DNA of 64,000 nucleotides from Oligoflexia bacterium (GTDB lineage Bacteria; Bdellovibrionota; UBA1018): NCBI GenBank assembly GCA_963758495.1, contig CAVWVI010000001.1, positions 96,001 to 160,000 of the forward strand, read 5' to 3'. Shown piece by piece: positions 58,265 to 64,000 of this stretch (position 1 is its first letter; each line of letters starts with the position of its first letter). The notes under the pieces were generated by a model. It saw only the letters and a program-made list of their open reading frames with translations, ran no database searches and was not told where the DNA came from. The position numbers and the translations under genes were made by a program.

Positions 58265-60040
58265 ATGGGTATGTATTGGACAGCACTCTTTAGAACAAAA
58301 TCTATTCGCCAAATTACGCGCGAGATCGATACTCAACACGATCAAGCTCTAGGCTCACTTCAAAAAACCCTCGGAGTCTGGGACCTCACTGCTTTTGGGA
58401 TTGCCGCAGTTTTAGGGGCGGGTGTATTTTCTACTATTGGAAATGCGGCTTCCACAGGCGGTCCAGCTGTCGTATTTTTATTTATCTTTACTGCAATTGC
58501 ATGTGCTTTTTCTGCCCTATGTTATGCAGATTTCGCGTCTGCCATTCCTGTTGCCGGCTCTGCTTATACCTATGCCTATGTTTCTTTCGGTGAGCTATTC
58601 GCTTGGATTATCGGCTGGGATTTATTGATCGAATATGCCATCGGCAATATTGCTGTGGCAATCTCATGGAGTCAGTATTTTACGGGAATTTTAGCGGGCT
58701 ACGGAATTTACTTCCCTAAATACCTCACCTTAGACTTCTTGAGTGCCTCTCGCGCCTACCATCAAATTCACCCTCAAATTCTGAATGGTTTGAGTTTAGC
58801 TCAATTGACCGCACAAGGAACTCCTTCTTGGGTGATCAAAGGTTATGAAGCTTGGATTTCAGCTCCTCGACTCTGGGACTTTCCCATCATCTGTGACCTA
58901 CCCGCTCTTTTTATTACCGTGGTCATTACCGGGATTGTCTATATAGGAATCCAAGAATCAAAACGGACCTCTAATTTTTTAGTTTTTTTAAAAGTCTTAG
59001 TCGTTTTACTCGTCATTTTAGTAGGTGCTACTTATGTAAAACCGTCCAATTGGATTCCGTTTGCTCCAAATGGGCTCGGAGGAGTACTTAAGGGAGTATC
59101 AGCCGTCTTTTTTGCTTATATTGGCTTCGACGCGATCTCCACCACAGCAGAAGAATGTAAAAACCCCCAGCGAGACCTTCCTCGTGGAATGATTTATGCG
59201 CTTTTGATCTGCACTCTCTTGTACACTTTAGTGGCTCTCGTACTCACGGGTATGGTGAATTATAAAAGACTTGCGGTAGGAGATCCCTTAGCTTTTGTCT
59301 TTGGACCCGAAGGGGTCAATCTTCCTTGGCTCTCTGCTGTAATCGATATTTGCGCGCTCGTTGCACTCTCTACTGTTCTTCTTGTTTTTCAGATAGGGCA
59401 GCCTCGAATTTGGATGGCTATGAGCCGAGATGGACTTCTCCCTCCTTTTTTTTCATGGATCCACCCCAAATATAAAACACCGTGGGTTTCAACTCTATTC
59501 ACAGGTGTTTTGGTTGCCGTACCTTCGTTGTTTATGAATTTAACTGAAGTCACTGACCTGACCAGCATTGGAACCCTCTTTGCATTTGTTCTAGTTTGTG
59601 GGGGGATCCTGGTTTTAGACTTTAAAGATAAAAAAAGGGAGCGGAAATTTAAAACTCCTTATATCAATGGAAAGTATATTTTTCCTCTTCTCATGCTCGC
59701 GTCCTTAGTGGGTGTCCTTTATTTCAAACCTAATGAGGTGCGAGACTTTTTTAGCCTTCACCATCCCCTTGACCCAACCCTGCACGGATGGGTGGTTTTG
59801 AAACACAAAATTCCCATTTGCGTGTTTTCAGTCGGTATGGTGATTCTCTCCTATTTGACTTTCACTTTTGATCTCTCCCTGATCCCCGTCCTCGGTCTTT
59901 CTAGCTGTGGTTATTTAATGACAGAACTCGGAGTTACGAATTGGCTTCGGTTTGGGATTTGGCTGATTGTAGGATTTTTTGTCTACTTCTTTTATGGAGT
60001 GAAACATAGCAAACTCAGAGAAACGCCCTACTCAATTTAG
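58265..60040 (+). CDS. APC-family amino acid permease
   Basis: GIAAVLGAGVF, GSAYTY, FFAYIGFDAI and SIGTLFAF motifs. Confidence 0.92.
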   Translation: MGMYWTALFRTKSIRQITREIDTQHDQALGSLQKTLGVWDLTAFGIAAVLGAGVFSTIGNAASTGGPAVVFLFIFTAIACAFSALCYADFASAIPVAGSAYTYAYVSFGELFAWIIGWDLLIEYAIGNIAVAISWSQYFTGILAGYGIYFPKYLTLDFLSASRAYHQIHPQILNGLSLAQLTAQGTPSWVIKGYEAWISAPRLWDFPIICDLPALFITVVITGIVYIGIQESKRTSNFLVFLKVLVVLLVILVGATYVKPSNWIPFAPNGLGGVLKGVSAVFFAYIGFDAISTTAEECKNPQRDLPRGMIYALLICTLLYTLVALVLTGMVNYKRLAVGDPLAFVFGPEGVNLPWLSAVIDICALVALSTVLLVFQIGQPRIWMAMSRDGLLPPFFSWIHPKYKTPWVSTLFTGVLVAVPSLFMNLTEVTDLTSIGTLFAFVLVCGGILVLDFKDKKRERKFKTPYINGKYIFPLLMLASLVGVLYFKPNEVRDFFSLHHPLDPTLHGWVVLKHKIPICVFSVGMVILSYLTFTFDLSLIPVLGLSSCGYLMTELGVTNWLRFGIWLIVGFFVYFFYGVKHSKLRETPYSI

Positions 60041-60112
60041 CTACTCAATCGAGTTGACTTAGTTTTTAGCTAGTTTCAAATTTTTTAAAAATAGGTTAGA
60101 GCATAGGACTAT

Positions 60113-61840
60113 ATGCGAATGAGTCAATTAGTCGGAAAGCGAACCAAAGAAACTCCAAAAGACGCCCAAAGTCCAAGCCATGTGTTTCTCATCAGAGGTG
60201 GATATGTCCGGCCGGTTTCTGCCGGAATTTTTTCGCTTCTACCTCTCGCCAGGCGAATCACCCAGAAAATAGAGAAAATCATTCGCGAAGAAATGAACGC
60301 CATCGACGGGCAAGAAGTACTGATGCCTGTCGTTCTACCTAGGGAACTTTGGGAAGAAAGCGGGAGGTATCAGTCTGTCGGTCCAGAACTCCTCCGTTTT
60401 AAAGATCGAAATAACAAAGACATGCTTCTGGGTATGACCCATGAAGAAGCAGTGGTTCATCTGGCACGAAGTGAAGTGAATTCTTATAAGCAGATGCCTT
60501 TTATGCTTTATCAGATTCAAACTAAATACCGCGATGAAGCACGACCTCGCGCGGGACTCATCCGTGTACGTGAATTTACAATGAAGGATGCCTATTCATT
60601 TCATGCCTCTGAAGATTGCCTAAAGAGTTATTATGATCGTGCTCATGAAGCTTATGTAAAGATTTTCAAACGAATTGGACTAAAAAATGTTGTGTCCATC
60701 GAATCTGACACAGGCATGATGGGCGGAGCCGTCTCCCATGAGTTCATGGCCATAGCGGACTGTGGCGAAGACACCCTCTTCGTGTCACCAGGCGGTGAAT
60801 ATAAAGCCAATAAAGAAGTGGCAAAAACTGCTCTTCAATTTGTTCAAGAAACTGCAAAACCTCTAGAGAAAGTTCACACCCCACAGCAAAAAACGATTGA
60901 AGAAGTAGCCTGCTTTCTCCAAGTAAAAACGAGTGAAACTGGAAAAGCAGTATTTTATGCAGATGATCAAGACCATGTCTACTTCGTCATGATTCGTGGC
61001 GACATTGAAGTCAATGAAACTAAACTGAGAAATCATCTCAAACTCAAAGAACTTAAATTTGCTAACGACGAACAAATTCGATCGATTGGAGCTATTCCAG
61101 GGTTTGCGTCCCCACTCAATATCAATCCCAAAAATACTCGGATGATCTTCGATCCATCAGCAGCCGAATCCTCAAACTTAGTCGTCGGAGCGAATGAAGC
61201 GGATTACCATTACACGGGCTTTAATTTTGTGCGTGATATGAACTCTTCCAAAAATCATATCGAAATCGTCGACATTGCAGCAGCCAGAGAAGGTGACCCT
61301 TGCCCGATCACGGGACAGCCCCTGATCGCTGCTCGGGGTATTGAAGTTGGAAATATTTTTCAACTAGGAACGAAATATTCCGAATCCATGAATTGCACGT
61401 TTTTAGACCAAAATGGTAAGTCCAAGTTTATGGTCATGGGCTGTTATGGAATTGGCGTCGGTAGATCTATGGCTTCAGTGATAGAGCAATCGCATGATGA
61501 GTACGGTCCTATTTGGCCCTTAGAAATAGCGCCTTATCACGTCCATATTTGCGCACTCAATTTCAATGATCCGAGTGTGAAAGAAGCCGCAGAGAACCTT
61601 TATAAAGAACTGATCCACAAAGGCATGGAAGTTCTTCTTGATGATCGAAATGAAAAAGCAGGTTTTATATTTAATGATGCTGATTTAATTGGCGTGCCCT
61701 TCAGAGTCATCATTTCTCCTAAGACCCTTTTAACAAATGAAGTAGAGTTAAAATCTCGAGATGGCGTAATCAAAGAAAAACTACCTCAAACGGAAATCTG
61801 TAAAAGACTTGAAAACCTGGTTTCGGTAATAAAACGGTAG
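60113..61840 (+). CDS. proS: Proline--tRNA ligase (with insertion/editing domain)
   Basis: WEESGRY, MTHEE, RDEARPRAGLIRVREF.MKDAYSF, GIEVGNIFQLGTKYS and GCYGIG motifs. Confidence 0.96.
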   Translation: MRMSQLVGKRTKETPKDAQSPSHVFLIRGGYVRPVSAGIFSLLPLARRITQKIEKIIREEMNAIDGQEVLMPVVLPRELWEESGRYQSVGPELLRFKDRNNKDMLLGMTHEEAVVHLARSEVNSYKQMPFMLYQIQTKYRDEARPRAGLIRVREFTMKDAYSFHASEDCLKSYYDRAHEAYVKIFKRIGLKNVVSIESDTGMMGGAVSHEFMAIADCGEDTLFVSPGGEYKANKEVAKTALQFVQETAKPLEKVHTPQQKTIEEVACFLQVKTSETGKAVFYADDQDHVYFVMIRGDIEVNETKLRNHLKLKELKFANDEQIRSIGAIPGFASPLNINPKNTRMIFDPSAAESSNLVVGANEADYHYTGFNFVRDMNSSKNHIEIVDIAAAREGDPCPITGQPLIAARGIEVGNIFQLGTKYSESMNCTFLDQNGKSKFMVMGCYGIGVGRSMASVIEQSHDEYGPIWPLEIAPYHVHICALNFNDPSVKEAAENLYKELIHKGMEVLLDDRNEKAGFIFNDADLIGVPFRVIISPKTLLTNEVELKSRDGVIKEKLPQTEICKRLENLVSVIKR

Positions 61841-61906
61841 AAATCATTTTGCACTGCAACTACGACTGCGCTGCGACTTGAACTCAATCCTTTAGGGGCT
61901 GTTGAC

Positions 61907-61978
61907 AAGCACTGTAAGGAATCCTATTGCGCCGTAAAGATTTGGATTCTCGGCGCAATAGGATTCCTTACAGTGCTT
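61907..61978. repeat. 28-bp perfect inverted repeat with 16-nt spacer
   Basis: AAGCACTGTAAGGAATCCTATTGCGCCG (61907-61934) and its reverse complement (61951-61978). Confidence 0.9.
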
Positions 61979-62028
61979 ATAACTAGTGCTTGTTTTAAAC
62001 TCTGCTTCACGAGTACTATCCGTTACCC

Positions 62029-63114
62029 ATGATGGTGCAAAAATACATAATATGGGTGCTGCTATTATCCAGTCTCAGTCTCACTTCCTGCGCAAGTTCG
62101 CCCCCCGCAGGGCTCGTGAGGTCCGCAACGCCGGCGGGAAATGATACTGAAATTATTTTATCTAAACTCACCGCAGCAATGAAAGATCTTGACGTAGATC
62201 GGTACCGTCAACTGTTTTCACCTCGTGTGATTGAAGCCTATCCAAAAGAGGTGGTCATGAGTCACTTAGTGAATCTTCAATCTGATTACGGTGAACCTCT
62301 TAAAATTAAACGGAGCGCAGTAAGAGAGGGTGCCTATGTCATTCAATTTGAACGCGGATTACTGGATGTGAGCTTGAGTCAGGATGAAGAGGGGCTACTC
62401 ACGGGGTTATTATTTCAACCTCAACGAAAGGTCATTCCCGTACCAAAGCGAAATGACATAAAATTTAGAATGCCTCTAGAAGGGCCCGTTTCCATTGCCT
62501 GGGGTGGTGATTCGGCAGATTTAAACCGTCATCATGATTCACCCATTCAGCAATTTGCTTTGGATATCGACGGAGTCGATAAAAATAATAAGACTGGAGT
62601 CGATAAAAACAGTAAGACTGGAGTCGATAAAAATAGCAAGACCGGGATCGGTAAAAACACTAAAACTAAAAAAAGGGCTCACGCCAAAACGAATCAAGAT
62701 TATTACTGCTTTGGACGAAACGTTGTGGCCCCCGCAGATGGTGTAGTGACAGAAGCCATTGACGGAATTCGAGATAACAACCTCGGAGAAATGAATCCCT
62801 ATATGGCCTTAGGGAATGCCATCTTCATTAAGCATGGTGATCATGAGATCTCTGTTTTAGCACACCTTAAGCAAGGAAGCGTGCAAGTCAGGCGTGGACA
62901 AAAGATCACGCAGGGGCAGATCATTGCACGTTGTGGGAATTCTGGAAACTCAAGTGAGCCTCATCTCCATTTTCACTTACAAAATACAGACGTATTTCAA
63001 AATGGAACAGGAATAAAAATATTCTTTGACCATTTAACAAAATTATCAAAAAAGGGGGTACAGAATCTTACGAATTACTCACCCATCCGTGGGGATGTTT
63101 TCGGAGAGAACTAA
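62029..63114 (+). CDS. M23-family peptidase lipoprotein
   Basis: Lipobox LTSC; APADGVV, AHLKQGS and GNSGNSSEPHLHF motifs; internal 24-bp repeat x4 (GVDKNNKT) at 62572-62667. Confidence 0.85.
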   Translation: MMVQKYIIWVLLLSSLSLTSCASSPPAGLVRSATPAGNDTEIILSKLTAAMKDLDVDRYRQLFSPRVIEAYPKEVVMSHLVNLQSDYGEPLKIKRSAVREGAYVIQFERGLLDVSLSQDEEGLLTGLLFQPQRKVIPVPKRNDIKFRMPLEGPVSIAWGGDSADLNRHHDSPIQQFALDIDGVDKNNKTGVDKNSKTGVDKNSKTGIGKNTKTKKRAHAKTNQDYYCFGRNVVAPADGVVTEAIDGIRDNNLGEMNPYMALGNAIFIKHGDHEISVLAHLKQGSVQVRRGQKITQGQIIARCGNSGNSSEPHLHFHLQNTDVFQNGTGIKIFFDHLTKLSKKGVQNLTNYSPIRGDVFGEN

Positions 63115-63135
63115 AAAGTATCCAGACGATTCCTT

Positions 63136-63438
63136 TCAGGCCACATTTTTATGATCTGTATCTGAGTCCTTCCTTTGCATTGAGGAAGTATTCCTTCTTC
63201 GAGATACGAGATGGTAGATTCCTAGCACAACAATCGCACCCAAGGTGGCTGCAATAAATCCGGCACCTTGACCTGGGGCATACCACCCCATCGCTTGCCC
63301 AAACCAGCCACCCAAAAGTGCTCCCAATATTCCTAAAATAGTCGTGCCAACCAAGCCGATTGGGTCGCGTCCTGGCATGATCGCTCTTGCAATTAAACCC
63401 ACTACAAATCCAAATAGAATCCATCCCAAGATGCCCAT
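63136..63438 (-). CDS. GlsB/YeaQ/YmgE (transglycosylase-associated) membrane protein
   Basis: MGILGWILFGFVVGLIARAIMPG...GILGALLGG...ATLGAIVVL. Confidence 0.88.
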   Translation of the reverse strand: MGILGWILFGFVVGLIARAIMPGRDPIGLVGTTILGILGALLGGWFGQAMGWYAPGQGAGFIAATLGAIVVLGIYHLVSRRRNTSSMQRKDSDTDHKNVA

Positions 63439-63528
63439 GATTCTTCTCCTTGATTGGAAATATTGAGTTCCCACGTAAGTCATTATCGAAGTAATTAGCG
63501 GGTTAAACTGCAACGAATATGCCCTGTC

Positions 63529-63999
63529 TTAATTATTGCAGCGTTTTAAAAGAAAATGCTCAACGTCATCTTGGGCAGTCTGGACTCTTTGAGAAAAGCT
63601 CGTCTTCATCCATGAATTTTTTATCCAGGATTTATTTGACGCAGCAGTCTTCATTCGACTTCTGGAATTGTCACAAGCCATCTCAGTAATCTCTTGAAAC
63701 TCTCTGAGTAACGCTAAAGGATAGGGAGCATGCCCGGTCGATGAGTAAAGCGTAGGTGCGTCTGCAGATAGATAGGGAAAAAGTTCAAATTCATCCTTCA
63801 ATTTATTATGAAGATCCACTTTCCATTGTCCGACTCGATAAAAATCACGGCGCACTCGATCCCGATCCAACTCATTTCTTCCTAAATCCTTTCGATAACG
63901 CTCACAGCGCCTAAAAGGAACCTTCAGGAGCTGAGCCATCTCCTGACCTGTTTGACACTCAGTCACCACAGCGTCAACCTCTCCTCCCTCCCCTTCAAT
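63529..63999 (-). CDS. Hypothetical protein (5' end beyond window)
   Basis: The 63529-63969 ORF frame stays open to the window edge. Confidence 0.55.
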   Translation of the reverse strand: MEGEGGEVDAVVTECQTGQEMAQLLKVPFRRCERYRKDLGRNELDRDRVRRDFYRVGQWKVDLHNKLKDEFELFPYLSADAPTLYSSTGHAPYPLALLREFQEITEMACDNSRSRMKTAASNKSWIKNSWMKTSFSQRVQTAQDDVEHFLLKRCNN

Positions 64000-64000
64000 C

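Noticed and set aside
92..63424. Numerous 60-170 aa ORFs overlapping identified genes
   Set aside because: Antisense or alternate-frame shadows with no recognisable motifs.

Overview
Bacterial chromosomal segment. Gene content and order (bamB-yfgM, der-era-rnc, rrf2-iscS-mnmA-mtaB, nnr-tsaE, tilS-ftsH-cdaA-cdaR-glmM-pdxJ, recX, proS, small OM beta-barrels, HD-GYP-like protein) suggest a Gram-negative of the former Deltaproteobacteria/Bdellovibrionota type; this is inference. A XerCD dif-like site at 7346-7373 suggests the replication terminus region. The standout signal is a set of intron-less, signal-peptide-bearing genes with eukaryote-type ubiquitin and ADP-ribosylation domains embedded among housekeeping genes: (i) an 864-aa WWE + RING-H2 + Deltex C-terminal + PARP6/8-like ADP-ribosyltransferase fusion, (ii) an ankyrin + RING-IBR-RING (RBR) E3-ligase-like protein, (iii) a decaying F-box-like gene in a tRNA-Met-integrated island, and (iv) RCC1-like, beta-propeller and HEAT repeat proteins. 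Together these look like a secreted arsenal aimed at a eukaryotic host. Mobile and repeat features: a 167-bp MITE with a 6-bp TSD, a 1.24-kb inverted-repeat-bounded element carrying a phd/vapC toxin-antitoxin pair, a 5.4-kb integrase island with 47-bp att repeats, a 301-bp gene duplication with only synonymous changes flanking an RCC1 fragment, and a 28-bp palindrome. Several single-base frameshifts, including one in era, may be assembly errors. All domain calls come from motif recognition by eye, not from database searches.
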